Notes: a model not told the origin generated them from the sequence alone. 24,561 bases of DNA from a virus (IMGVR_UViG_3300030376_000668:1-24561); one strand, 5' to 3'; positions 1 through 8,719 are shown, counted from the first letter of the stretch. Translations and numbers: made by a program.

Positions 1-116
1 TCACACCAGTAGTTTAGGTATCGGTTTACGGTTTCTTCCCACGTCTCTCGCCTCTGCTCCTCTGGCAGGTAACGAGCGTAACGTGACTTGTGTATGTATT
101 GTTGATAAGCGTCCAT
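1..116 (-). CDS. nrdJ: Class II (cobalamin-dependent) ribonucleotide reductase, N-terminus only (runs off window)
   Basis: Not in the ORF track. ATG at 116 with AAGGA RBS; reads MDAYQQYIHKSRYARYLPEEQRRETWEETVNRY, the SRYAR...RETW.E.V.R start typical of phage NrdJ/RTPR. Confidence 0.8.
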   Translation of the reverse strand, partial: MDAYQQYIHKSRYARYLPEEQRRETWEETVNRYLNYWC

Positions 117-131
117 ATTAATTTCCTTTGA

Positions 132-410
132 TTACCAGCGGTCAACTACTTTAAACTTTGTCTTTGGGTATCTTGATTCACCTTGGTTCGACCACTTAAA
201 GTAAATGGTTCGGTCATCGTCACGCCAACAACCGTCATAGGTATCGCCTTCGTTGTTGTACCAATAAGCCCTTTGCATGTTTTCATGCCTTTCACAAGCC
301 TCGTCGGTTAGGACTATCTCGCCACCTTGTTTAAGACTTCGGTAAGCTTTGGTGTCTGCTACTGCTGGAACAGCTAACAAAGCACTCAATAAAATTACAA
401 GCTTCTTCAT
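132..410 (-). CDS. Small exported hypothetical protein
   Basis: MKK + hydrophobic stretch + AVA-D signal-peptidase-like site; two Cys; ATGA overlap with the upstream gene and AAGGAG RBS. Confidence 0.7.
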   Translation of the reverse strand: MKKLVILLSALLAVPAVADTKAYRSLKQGGEIVLTDEACERHENMQRAYWYNNEGDTYDGCWRDDDRTIYFKWSNQGESRYPKTKFKVVDRW

Positions 411-703
411 TCGTTTATCTCCTTAATTAATCTGTCAATGTACCAGCGACACTTGCGTAAGTCTTCAACTGGTTTACCTTTGTAGTCGTAGCGCCACAAA
501 TACTTCAGTGCGTTGCCTTTTAAGTAGCCGTTAAACTCATTAGCTGGCATAGATGCCTTGATAGCTTCGATGGCTTCGATTGATCCCTTGTTGTAGTGAT
601 CAGGTTGTTCTACCGGGTCTATCTTTTTTGGCTTTCTGATAGACAGGTTATTCAATGCTCTTACTGTATCCCATTCTGAGGGAGTAGCGTCATCAATACT
701 CAT
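407..703 (-). CDS. DUF3310 family protein (T7 gp1.7-related)
   Basis: DPVxxPxHY...IEAIEAI...GNALKYLWRY..KG..EDLxKxxWY signature. Confidence 0.85.
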   Translation of the reverse strand: MSIDDATPSEWDTVRALNNLSIRKPKKIDPVEQPDHYNKGSIEAIEAIKASMPANEFNGYLKGNALKYLWRYDYKGKPVEDLRKCRWYIDRLIKEINE

Positions 704-1460
704 ACTTTCTCCTTAAATAGTTCATGCTTACAGGTAACTCATCAAAGGAACCGTTGTCTACTTCGTTGAGCATCCATATACCAGACCAGCTACCGTTTGT
801 TTGAGGATTTAAGTACTCCTCATAGTGGTTGTAATAGATACCAGCAAACAACCCTGTGATGTTACTACCATCTGCTTTCCTTGCATAGGCTATGTCACGA
901 TCTTGTACATGTCCCATGATGCACGACATGAACTTCTTTTGCAACATCAGCTTTGCACACGTTACTGGTCTGCCCATGACACCGCTAGTAAAGTAGTGAC
1001 AGTAAGCAATACCATCAATGATGATAGGCTCAAGGAACGGTACAACTTCCCAACCAGATTGCTCCAGCTGAAAGTCATCGTAGCTCATCAGTCCTTCAAG
1101 CTTTGCATCTGTTTCGATAGCCCGTTCAATGCGCTGTTCATGGTTACCTAACAAGAATACCATGCGTGGGTTCCATGTCTTCTTCTTGTGAAGACGTAGG
1201 CGTTTCTGCTCCTCACGAATAGGTTTCAAGAAAGCCCACATAGCATGCTTACCAGCTTCGATGTCGCTAACGTACCGTCTACCCTCGAATGACTTCTTCC
1301 CAACGTCATAGCTACTGAGACTTGGCATGTCCCAGTGATCCCCCAGATGAATGATAACGTCAGGTTTAGTTGCTGCCGCATAACGACCAGCCCAGTACAG
1401 GTGGTCAACAGGCATGTCAGGTTTTACTTGTGTATCAGGTATTACTAGATGTCTAGTCAT
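693..1460 (-). CDS. Calcineurin-like metallophosphoesterase
   Basis: IPDTQ, HLGDHWD, GNHE, CHY and GHVQ metal-binding motifs. Confidence 0.85.
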   Translation of the reverse strand: MTRHLVIPDTQVKPDMPVDHLYWAGRYAAATKPDVIIHLGDHWDMPSLSSYDVGKKSFEGRRYVSDIEAGKHAMWAFLKPIREEQKRLRLHKKKTWNPRMVFLLGNHEQRIERAIETDAKLEGLMSYDDFQLEQSGWEVVPFLEPIIIDGIAYCHYFTSGVMGRPVTCAKLMLQKKFMSCIMGHVQDRDIAYARKADGSNITGLFAGIYYNHYEEYLNPQTNGSWSGIWMLNEVDNGSFDELPVSMNYLRRKYEY

Positions 1461-1864
1461 CGCTTTTTACTCCATCCGACAGGACAGGTTTCTGGCGTGT
1501 ACCACGTGAATCCCTGTTTGTCTGCCCATTCTTGCATGGTGTATTTAGTCCCGTCACTTCTACGTCTTGCTCCGGGCATGACTGTTCTTGGGTTTTGGAA
1601 GACAAAGACCAACGTCTCCTGCTCGCCAAGGCATCTGCTAATATCAACATACTTCTTCGCTTCTGCTCTATCACGGAACCTCCCTTTAGCCTCAATGTAA
1701 ATTGTATACGGACCGTCCTTGTATATAAAGTCAGGCTCGTATGTTCTTACTTGAGTGTACGTTATACCACAAGAGTGGTACTCACACCGCTTAAGCTTTT
1801 GATGCAGGTCATACTCAAACCAACTATCAAAACCTCTTGGTACGTTACGCCTCGTTCTCTTCAC
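1457..1864 (-). CDS. Endonuclease I / Holliday junction resolvase (T7 gp3-like)
   Basis: FDSWFE...YEPDF...IEAKG PD-(D/E)xK motif and final YxxWADKxGF. Start moved from 1954 to GTG at 1864, near the exonuclease 3' end. Confidence 0.85.
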   Translation of the reverse strand: MKRTRRNVPRGFDSWFEYDLHQKLKRCEYHSCGITYTQVRTYEPDFIYKDGPYTIYIEAKGRFRDRAEAKKYVDISRCLGEQETLVFVFQNPRTVMPGARRRSDGTKYTMQEWADKQGFTWYTPETCPVGWSKKR

Positions 1865-2537
1865 TTGGTCTTTCCCATAGTTGATTAGGCTCACGACGTA
1901 GCCAGAGCAGCCTAGCGTTCTCAATGACACGCTCTTCAGACTCCAACAACTCAACGCACTTGTTAAACATCTCTATCTCTGACAGTCCTTCGAGGAGCTT
2001 CTGAGACTTTTTATCACCGATACCATACACGCCGACAATGTTATCAGCTTTGTCACCCATGATGATCTGACGGTAGAAGAACAGTAAGCCTTCCTCTTCA
2101 GTAACAGAAGACAGTTCACGTTTGTTGAAGTTGTAGTGTCTGCACGGTACTTGCTTGAAGTCCTTGTCAAGGCTGACGATAATGCTGTCAGGAGTAGAGG
2201 TAGCGTCGATAGCAATCAAGTCATCAGCTTCCTCACCTTCTGACACAACAGCATTCCAATCATCTATCAGATACTGACGTATGGCTTCCAAGTGTACAGG
2301 CTTTTCTTTGTCCTTACGATTACCCTTGTAAGGCGCAGTCACGGCTATGTCTTTACGGAAGTTACCCTTGCCTGTCAGGTAGACACGGTACTCTGGTTCG
2401 CTATCTATCTGTGTGTATAGATCACTAATCAGATCAGATAAGAAACTGCCCGTAGTATAACAGGCAGTCTTAACTGACTCATCGTCGCACTTGAATGCAC
2501 AACGATAAGCTACGATGTCACCATCAACAAGGATCAC
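1845..2537 (-). CDS. 5'-3' exonuclease (T7 gp6 / FEN family)
   Basis: LVDGD, YKGNR, EADD, SLDKD and GDKADNIxGVxGIGxK (helix-hairpin-helix) motifs. Confidence 0.92.
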   Translation of the reverse strand: MILVDGDIVAYRCAFKCDDESVKTACYTTGSFLSDLISDLYTQIDSEPEYRVYLTGKGNFRKDIAVTAPYKGNRKDKEKPVHLEAIRQYLIDDWNAVVSEGEEADDLIAIDATSTPDSIIVSLDKDFKQVPCRHYNFNKRELSSVTEEEGLLFFYRQIIMGDKADNIVGVYGIGDKKSQKLLEGLSEIEMFNKCVELLESEERVIENARLLWLRREPNQLWERPSEENEA

Positions 2538-2938
2538 AACGCTTCCGCTTCAGAGACGGCGTTGTCAGTGTACTCGATCAACTCAGTCACCTTCATCTTG
2601 ATCATCGATGGTGAACGACCTGTACCAACAGACCAATCGTAGTAGCCTACCACTGCCACTGCTTGTGATCCGTTAGCGATCAGTACATCTTCAGGTATCT
2701 CCACACCGTTCTCGTCTGTCAACCGCATTGGGTTGTTAGACTTCATGGTAATGAAGAAGTTACGCTCATCACCTTTGTTGCTAGGTGCAATACCCATATC
2801 TTCAAGTGCCTCAACAGCTTTCTCGCTGAGGTTACCAAGCTGCACTTGATACTTGTTACTGTACTTGTTGAGCTTATTACGCTCACACCAGTAGACGGTA
2901 CCGCGTACAGTGATGGGTGGTAGTTTGTTCGCAGACAT
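2534..2938 (-). CDS. Single-stranded DNA-binding protein (gp2.5-like)
   Basis: Lies between polymerase and exonuclease; OB-fold-like pattern (G.VYW, KY.VQL, I.NGS), ends in VTELIEY plus a short acidic tail. Confidence 0.7.
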   Translation of the reverse strand: MSANKLPPITVRGTVYWCERNKLNKYSNKYQVQLGNLSEKAVEALEDMGIAPSNKGDERNFFITMKSNNPMRLTDENGVEIPEDVLIANGSQAVAVVGYYDWSVGTGRSPSMIKMKVTELIEYTDNAVSEAEAL

Positions 2939-2948
2939 AAGTTTCTCC

Positions 2949-4589
2949 TTAATGTGTCTCTGCCCAATTGTTGCCTACTCTATACTCGCCGTCTAGCGGA
3001 CACTGTAGGCCAAGTGTCTCCCCGGCGATTCTGATTGAGCGCACACCGATACGTCCGACTGTATCTGCGTAATGCGCTGGTGTTTCTATCTGCCACTCGT
3101 CATGTACGTTGGCTACAAATTTGTGTGGGATGTTGCGTAGTTTATCTGCTAAGTGTACCAGCGCTTGTTTCATAACGCAAGCCCCTGCGCCTTGCAAAAG
3201 TGTATTTAATGCGGCATGTTGGGATCTGACTCTGAGCTTTCGTCCATCGAGGCCAACAAGTACGCCTGACTGAGCCTGTCTGTCAATTCTTCCTCTAAGT
3301 TCTTCAAGAGCAGGCGTGTTGTGTAGAAATCTCTCTTTAAGCCTTCTTCCAGTGCCGCTATTTCCTCCAACGATAGCTCCGATCTTAGCATCTCCGGCCC
3401 CATACAGAAACGCATATATGAATGTCTTTGCAAGAGGTCTAGACGCAAGTCCCGCAGCCCGTTGATTAGCTGTATGAATATCGCCATTGAGGATTTCATT
3501 TGTATAGTCATCGTCGTCCATGTAATGAGCCAACATACGTAGCTCTAAACCGCTGGCATCAATACCAACAAGTACGTTACCGTCTTCGACAGTCCAGCAT
3601 CTTCTGCACTCAGGACCGAACGGTGCAGATACTGCAGGAACCTGAGCCATGTTAGGTGCTTGGTGTGTCATGCGTCCTGTCACAGCTCCGTTGGTAATCA
3701 CTCTACCGTGTACTCTACCATCATCCTTGACAGATTTCAACCATGAATCGATCTGTGCAACACGTTTTTGTAGCATCATGTAACGTGCAACAGCCTTAGC
3801 TTCTGGTCTGTCAATACCTTCGAGTACCTTCTCATCAACGATGATGTTTCCCTTCTCAGTCTTCTTGTCGAACTTGACACCAAGACCTTGCAGTCGCTCT
3901 GCTATCTGCTTACGTGAGCCGGGATTGAACACAGTAACTTTGTCCTTCAGCTGCTTACCCGTCTTCTCTGACCAGCGCTCTTCAACGATGGGTGGGAAGA
4001 TGTCTTGAAGGCTTGCTTCAATGTTGTTCATTTCAAACATCAAGTCCATCATCAACTGTTCTGCATTATCGCAGTCGAGCTTGAAACCGTTACGTTCCTG
4101 CTCAGTAACAAGCCAGCCTACTCGATGCTCAAGATCAATTGACTGCTGAGAGAATCCTTCACTGTGTAGCTGTAACTCTAACCACTTGTGAACCTGTTCA
4201 GTAAGTTCAACGTCAGCGATACAGTACTCGATCATCTCGTCACTCAGTCCACCGTCGTAGTCTGTGAAGTCGAGCTTGCCTGTTCCTCCAAGGATGGTTC
4301 CCCAATTACGCAGTGAATGTCCCCCGTCTTGGCTGGGGTTGTAGAGTCTGGAGAGGTAGAGAGTATCCACAACAGTATCCCTAGAGATATGTACGTTCCA
4401 AACACGATCAAGAACACCCACGTCGAATCCAATGAGGTTGTGTCCAATGATTTTGTGTGCATCATTCAACACCTTCTGCAAAGTACTGGCTGTAGTGTGG
4501 ACTTGTATATCGTTCTTCACCTTCGTAACTGCACACCAGATCGTTGAGTGATCCAAAGTAGTTTCGATATCCAAGTAACAGATACTCAT
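2949..4589 (-). CDS. Family A DNA polymerase with 3'-5' exonuclease
   Basis: Exo I LDIET, Exo II GHNLIGFD, Exo III YCIADV; motif A DASGLELR, motif B RPLAKTFIYAFLYG, motif C VHDE. Confidence 0.97.
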   Translation of the reverse strand: MSICYLDIETTLDHSTIWCAVTKVKNDIQVHTTASTLQKVLNDAHKIIGHNLIGFDVGVLDRVWNVHISRDTVVDTLYLSRLYNPSQDGGHSLRNWGTILGGTGKLDFTDYDGGLSDEMIEYCIADVELTEQVHKWLELQLHSEGFSQQSIDLEHRVGWLVTEQERNGFKLDCDNAEQLMMDLMFEMNNIEASLQDIFPPIVEERWSEKTGKQLKDKVTVFNPGSRKQIAERLQGLGVKFDKKTEKGNIIVDEKVLEGIDRPEAKAVARYMMLQKRVAQIDSWLKSVKDDGRVHGRVITNGAVTGRMTHQAPNMAQVPAVSAPFGPECRRCWTVEDGNVLVGIDASGLELRMLAHYMDDDDYTNEILNGDIHTANQRAAGLASRPLAKTFIYAFLYGAGDAKIGAIVGGNSGTGRRLKERFLHNTPALEELRGRIDRQAQSGVLVGLDGRKLRVRSQHAALNTLLQGAGACVMKQALVHLADKLRNIPHKFVANVHDEWQIETPAHYADTVGRIGVRSIRIAGETLGLQCPLDGEYRVGNNWAETH

Positions 4590-4692
4590 AGTACGCCTCG
4601 TTCAAATCGTTTTGTTCAGGGTTGTGGTTAAACTTCTTGTAAGTCTCCATCAACTGTTCCTGTTCCAATATCCAGTTCCCAATCTTGCTCAT
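4462..4692 (-). CDS. Small hypothetical protein overlapping both neighbours
   Basis: GAGGAG RBS about 10 nt before the ATG; overlaps the Zn-finger gene and the polymerase start. Confidence 0.45.
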   Translation of the reverse strand: MSKIGNWILEQEQLMETYKKFNHNPEQNDLNEAYYEYLLLGYRNYFGSLNDLVCSYEGEERYTSPHYSQYFAEGVE

Positions 4693-4870
4693 GGTAGATC
4701 ATCTCCTCTAAGTCTGCGAGTGTACGTAAGTCTGCACGGTCGATTACATCACCGTCATCTAAAGTAACAGCAAAGCATCTGTTGCACAAGTCTACAAACT
4801 CTCCGCTGACTGCATACCGTCTTGTCGCTTCGTAGTCTGTAAGTTCTACGTCACACGCTTTACATCTCAC
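4628..4870 (-). CDS. Small Zn-finger protein
   Basis: CKAC...CNRC; coupled to the primase-helicase stop (GTGA-type overlap); acidic tail. Confidence 0.7.
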   Translation of the reverse strand: MRCKACDVELTDYEATRRYAVSGEFVDLCNRCFAVTLDDGDVIDRADLRTLADLEEMIYHEQDWELDIGTGTVDGDLQEV

Positions 4871-6495
4871 AACACATTCTCCTCGCGTTCCTCTCGTTGT
4901 GTTAGTCGTCCTGTCGCCTCATTGTAGAACACCTCACATGCCTTGCCTGTCTTGCCAGTGTATCGGTTCTTCAACACACGTAGTACGGTCGTGTTCTTGA
5001 CGATAGGATCATCAGCCTGACTGTTACGCTCTGCACCAATGACTGCATCAGACAGCTGTGCAATCGAGGCAGAGCCACGCAGCATACCCAGACTAGTCAC
5101 TGCACCGTCCTCCAGCTGCTTGCCTTCTGGTCTGCGAAGGTGACTGACAAGGAACATACAGATGTTCATCTCCTGCACGAATGTTCGCAGTTTTGTCATG
5201 ATCATGTCAAGTGCACGGCGTTCGTCCCCGTTACTCTGATCGGACACCAGTATTGATACGTGATCCAGCACGATGAATCTAACGCCAAGTACCTTCACAA
5301 AGTACCGCATCCTGCCCAGTACGTTCTCGATCTCGTTACTGCCGAAGTGTTCCCATAAGAAGACACGGTTCTCGTAGTCCATCGTATCATAGACTAGGTC
5401 GATGTCAGTGTCGTCGTACTCACAGTCTGGTAGGTGAATAGGCTTGTTCAGTTCAAGACCTACGAGTCCACGCATGGTGCGCTCAGGTGTCTCCTCAAGG
5501 AACATCAGACCAAGGTTATCTTCAGACTGCGCCATGATGGAACTGACTATCTCACGTAGTAACGTTGACTTGCCTAGCCCAGAGCCAGCACAGATCGTCA
5601 CAAGCTCTGCCATGCGTATGCCGTACAGGTGCTTGTTCAGTCCCTCGAACGGGTACTGTACCTTGGCCTTGGCTAGTGGCTTCTTGATCAACTCACGTAG
5701 CTCGCCAGCACCTACGATACCTTCGGGTGTGTACGGTTGAGCAGACCACCACGCTTTGGTGTACATCTCTGAGTCGTTGTTGGCTAGGTAATCACACGCA
5801 TCCTTGTAGCCATTGACGTGCTTAACAATCCTAGCCTTGTTACCGAACAGATCAGCACATTCCTTTGCCGCGTTCTGTCCCGGTTCATCAGCATCGAAAC
5901 ATATAACAACAGTCTCAAAGCTGTTCAGCCAGTCGTAGAAGAGACGGCAGTCCTTCGCCGCTGACGTTGCACCGTTGCGTACACTGACAACAGGAAACTT
6001 ACTGCCTGTCATTTGGTGTGCCGCTAACGCATCGTACTCGCCCTCAACAATGGTGACATATTTGCCCCCTTCAGGGAACAGGTGCTGCCCGTACAGCCCT
6101 GCGTTCTTCCAGTCGCCAATGATACTGAACCGCTTGTCAGGATTGCGTACCTTGGCGGCAACAGGCTTAGTCGGATCGTCAGGATCGTAGTAACCAAACG
6201 TCGTAACATCGCCTTGCTTCAGTGCTGAGTACTTCTTCGCTGTCGTCCCAGTGATGAGACGGTCAGTGATGGTACGGTACTCAGCTGTGATAAGACGGTG
6301 CTCAGTCTGACTGAACGATGGCTTGGGTGCGTTGTTGATAGCTCCTAGTTCACGTACGTTTTCTCGTACGCTGTCCTTGGGTGCTGGCGTAAACGTATCA
6401 CAAACAAAACACTTGCTTGACCCGTCGTCGTTGAATGCAAGACCGTCACTGCTTCCGCAGTCTTGACATGGTTGGTGTGTTTCAGTGAATGGCAT
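4867..6495 (-). CDS. Primase-helicase (T7 gp4-like)
   Basis: N-terminal CQDC...CFVC zinc-binding domain; TOPRIM EGEYDA and FDADEPG; SF4 helicase GSGLGKS, LDH, SHLRR, LRGS, KNRYTG. Confidence 0.97.
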   Translation of the reverse strand: MPFTETHQPCQDCGSSDGLAFNDDGSSKCFVCDTFTPAPKDSVRENVRELGAINNAPKPSFSQTEHRLITAEYRTITDRLITGTTAKKYSALKQGDVTTFGYYDPDDPTKPVAAKVRNPDKRFSIIGDWKNAGLYGQHLFPEGGKYVTIVEGEYDALAAHQMTGSKFPVVSVRNGATSAAKDCRLFYDWLNSFETVVICFDADEPGQNAAKECADLFGNKARIVKHVNGYKDACDYLANNDSEMYTKAWWSAQPYTPEGIVGAGELRELIKKPLAKAKVQYPFEGLNKHLYGIRMAELVTICAGSGLGKSTLLREIVSSIMAQSEDNLGLMFLEETPERTMRGLVGLELNKPIHLPDCEYDDTDIDLVYDTMDYENRVFLWEHFGSNEIENVLGRMRYFVKVLGVRFIVLDHVSILVSDQSNGDERRALDMIMTKLRTFVQEMNICMFLVSHLRRPEGKQLEDGAVTSLGMLRGSASIAQLSDAVIGAERNSQADDPIVKNTTVLRVLKNRYTGKTGKACEVFYNEATGRLTQREEREENVL

Positions 6496-6661
6496 GGCTG
6501 GCTCCTAAGTCTGCGTAACGTCTGCGAAGATCTTCCTCTTCGAGTTCACCGTAGCCTACGGCTAAGAACGTACCTACCATATTGATCATCTCAGTCACAG
6601 TCAAGTGTTCTAAGTCGTACTCAACAAGCTCGTTGATGATGTCATCTTTACAGATAGTCAT
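6482..6661 (-). CDS. Small acidic hypothetical protein (59 aa)
   Basis: Below the ORF-track cutoff. MTICKDDIINELVEYDLEHL...; AAGGA RBS; first gene after the sigma70 promoter at 6711-6739. Confidence 0.7.
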   Translation of the reverse strand: MTICKDDIINELVEYDLEHLTVTEMINMVGTFLAVGYGELEEEDLRRRYADLGASHAIH

Positions 6662-6710
6662 TACAATATTTCCTTAATAAATTTAACATTACTGTTGACT
6701 TTACAGATAG

Positions 6711-6739
6711 ATTTTATCATGGATCTTGTCACGTGTCAA
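6711..6739 (-). promoter_or_regulatory. Sigma70-type promoter for the replication operon
   Basis: Minus strand TTGACA-17 nt-TAAAAT with TG extended -10. Confidence 0.85.
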
Positions 6740-6927
6740 CCCTTCGGTTCATATACCACCTCTTCTCTGATAACACGGACGCGTTCGCCGTCTGCTTTGT
6801 AACTGTTACAAAAATATTTTGCGTTGTCGAGTGTGCTGTACCAGTCAGACCCGTCAGCACTACGAGCAACCCAGTCACATAAACGCTCGTCCCATTTCTG
6901 TACGTTGTACCATGTATCAATACTCAT
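6736..6927 (-). CDS. Hypothetical early protein (63 aa)
   Basis: Start reassigned to MSIDTW at 6927, behind the AAGGAG RBS inside the 36-bp repeat. Confidence 0.7.
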   Translation of the reverse strand: MSIDTWYNVQKWDERLCDWVARSADGSDWYSTLDNAKYFCNSYKADGERVRVIREEVVYEPKG

Positions 6928-7531
6928 AGTTGATATACTCCTTTTCAATCCTGTCAAGAACCTTTTCAAACCAATCAATTAATCCATCAGGCGTGTACTC
7001 TCTTTGTTTCTGAGTACAACGTACCGTACCCTCCACGTTACCTGCAATGCTGCGGCGCTTTCCCTTTTCACATAAGTGAACGGTGTCGTCCTTTGGCGGT
7101 AGTTGAGGAAGATTTTCAGGCAACACACCAACGATATATAGCTTTGTTTTCTTGTGCGCGACATGGCCAAAATCGTATTGATCCACGTCAACAACAAAGC
7201 CTCCATATATATCAATCTGCCCTGCTTCAGGAAGGTACTTGAACAAACGTGACGCAGAAGGATGCTCAAGTATTCCCCCTTGTTCTCGGACTTTGTTGAC
7301 TGACCAAACCGCTAAAAACTTTTCGTCGTCAATCTGATCCTGAGTCATCTTACCTCCCCTGCCTGCGATATGGCTTAGTTGTCCCCAGAATCTACAGGGC
7401 GGGTGACATACTACAGGGCCGTCGCCTTCATACGTTAGAGCGTTACGGTCAGCGTCGTAAACATCCCAGTGCTGCCGTGTCTTGTAATCTGAATCACGCC
7501 TACAAAACAATGCTGTATATTTAATACTCAT
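6917..7531 (-). CDS. C5-cytosine methyltransferase-like protein (atypical)
   Basis: HPPC (motif IV-like), LEHP (motif VI-like), Q.DFGH..KKT (motif VIII-like); no canonical FxGxG. Start reassigned to MSIKY at 7531. Confidence 0.55.
   Translation of the reverse strand: MSIKYTALFCRRDSDYKTRQHWDVYDADRNALTYEGDGPVVCHPPCRFWGQLSHIAGRGGKMTQDQIDDEKFLAVWSVNKVREQGGILEHPSASRLFKYLPEAGQIDIYGGFVVDVDQYDFGHVAHKKTKLYIVGVLPENLPQLPPKDDTVHLCEKGKRRSIAGNVEGTVRCTQKQREYTPDGLIDWFEKVLDRIEKEYINYEY
6919..6954. repeat. 36-bp direct repeat, copy A (copy B at 7523-7558)
   Basis: aatactcata(g/a)ttgatatactccttttcaatcctgt, 35/36 identical; encodes RIEKEYINYEY and carries the next gene's RBS and ATG. Confidence 0.95.
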
Positions 7532-7721
7532 AATTGATATACTCCTTTTCAATCCTGTTGTAGTCAGCGCAGAGGTCTTCGTACTCCTGTTGAAGAACCT
7601 TCTGCGTGTAGTGTTGCGCCTCAGTCAAACCAAAGTCAATGTCCATCTTGTTTAGTTTACCCAGCGCGTCTTCGATCATATCGATAACATCAGCGAGCGC
7701 ATCTAGTCTGTCGCTGTCCAT
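7521..7721 (-). CDS. Acidic helical hypothetical protein (66 aa)
   Basis: Start reassigned to MDSDRL at 7721, after a GGAGGT RBS. Confidence 0.7.
   Translation of the reverse strand: MDSDRLDALADVIDMIEDALGKLNKMDIDFGLTEAQHYTQKVLQQEYEDLCADYNRIEKEYINYEY
7523..7558. repeat. 36-bp direct repeat, copy B
   Basis: Matches 6919-6954 with one mismatch. Confidence 0.95.
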
Positions 7722-7722
7722 A

Positions 7723-7974
7723 TCACACCTCCACATCATATCCGTATTTTTTTCTAACGTATTTGGTTTCATACTCCGATAGCTCTTTGTACTTCAAGGC
7801 ACACTGCTGTTCGTGTATGTCTTTCATCTCTGCAAGGATTCGTTCGCATTCTTCCACTGCTATGTTGTCAATAAAACCTATGATGTCATCATACTGCGTG
7901 AACGGAACAACTTCACGTAACTCGTTGTAAGCCCTCATAGATTTTACTTTCAACTTAAGTATTGAGCTAGTCAT
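7723..7974 (-). CDS. Hypothetical protein flanked by 16-bp direct repeats
   Basis: GGAGGT RBS; ends YDVEV like the upstream gene; repeat acacctccacatcata at 7725-7740 and 7979-7994. Confidence 0.7.
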   Translation of the reverse strand: MTSSILKLKVKSMRAYNELREVVPFTQYDDIIGFIDNIAVEECERILAEMKDIHEQQCALKYKELSEYETKYVRKKYGYDVEV

Positions 7975-7976
7975 AT

Positions 7977-8363
7977 TTACACCTCCACATCATAGACCGT
8001 AGTGGTCTCTTCATCTTCATCACGGAATGTCTGTACGTCATTGTCCGTCCACTCATAAGACATGTCCAGAGACTCCATCGCATAATCGACAGCAGCTATC
8101 TCTGCATCACACTCATCTGAAGCCTTGACATACACACGTCGTGTACAAGTGACAGTTACGTCGTATGCGTAGACGTGTTCCTTGAGCTTGCTGTCCATCT
8201 CGTCGAGGTGTTCAACCACGTCGTTCAGTCGTGACTCAAGCTCGTCAAACAACTCAGACTTTGAATGGTAGTCCCTGTCGTACTCGATCTGTTGCCTAAT
8301 ACCGTTGATGGTGCGTCGGAATCCTACAAGGTCGTCTCGTGTTGTTAATAGATCTTCTCTCAT
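7977..8363 (-). CDS. Acidic hypothetical protein
   Basis: Coiled-coil-like N-half then YDVTVT...VYVKA.DE..A; GAGGAG RBS and ATGA overlap. Confidence 0.75.
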   Translation of the reverse strand: MREDLLTTRDDLVGFRRTINGIRQQIEYDRDYHSKSELFDELESRLNDVVEHLDEMDSKLKEHVYAYDVTVTCTRRVYVKASDECDAEIAAVDYAMESLDMSYEWTDNDVQTFRDEDEETTTVYDVEV

Positions 8364-8686
8364 GATGTCATCTCCTCTACATGTTTAACAATTTTATCAC
8401 CATACTCATTCGCTGAGTAGTCGCTGATTACTTCGATGGCTTCGCTATGACTTGTGACGTTGCCGTACACAAATTGAAACCATGCGACATAGTAACCACG
8501 GTTATCGCTCCACACACCCACGTCGTCGAAGTCACACTGTCCCATGTTGTCAAGTACTGTGAAGTGTTCGCGTGATTGTTCAACGTCAGCTTCCTCGCCT
8601 TCGCCATACACGCTGATGCTCTTGTCTGGATCGCTGAGTACTGTGTCAACGAAATATTCTGCTACTCGTTTCTCTGTGAAATGCAT
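8360..8686 (-). CDS. Acidic hypothetical early protein (108 aa)
   Basis: Start reassigned to MHFTEK at 8686 (AAGGAG RBS); the track's ATG lies inside the palindrome. Confidence 0.75.
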   Translation of the reverse strand: MHFTEKRVAEYFVDTVLSDPDKSISVYGEGEEADVEQSREHFTVLDNMGQCDFDDVGVWSDNRGYYVAWFQFVYGNVTSHSEAIEVISDYSANEYGDKIVKHVEEMTS

Positions 8687-8719
8687 AGTTGTTTCTCCTT
8701 CATTACTGGATACAAGTTT

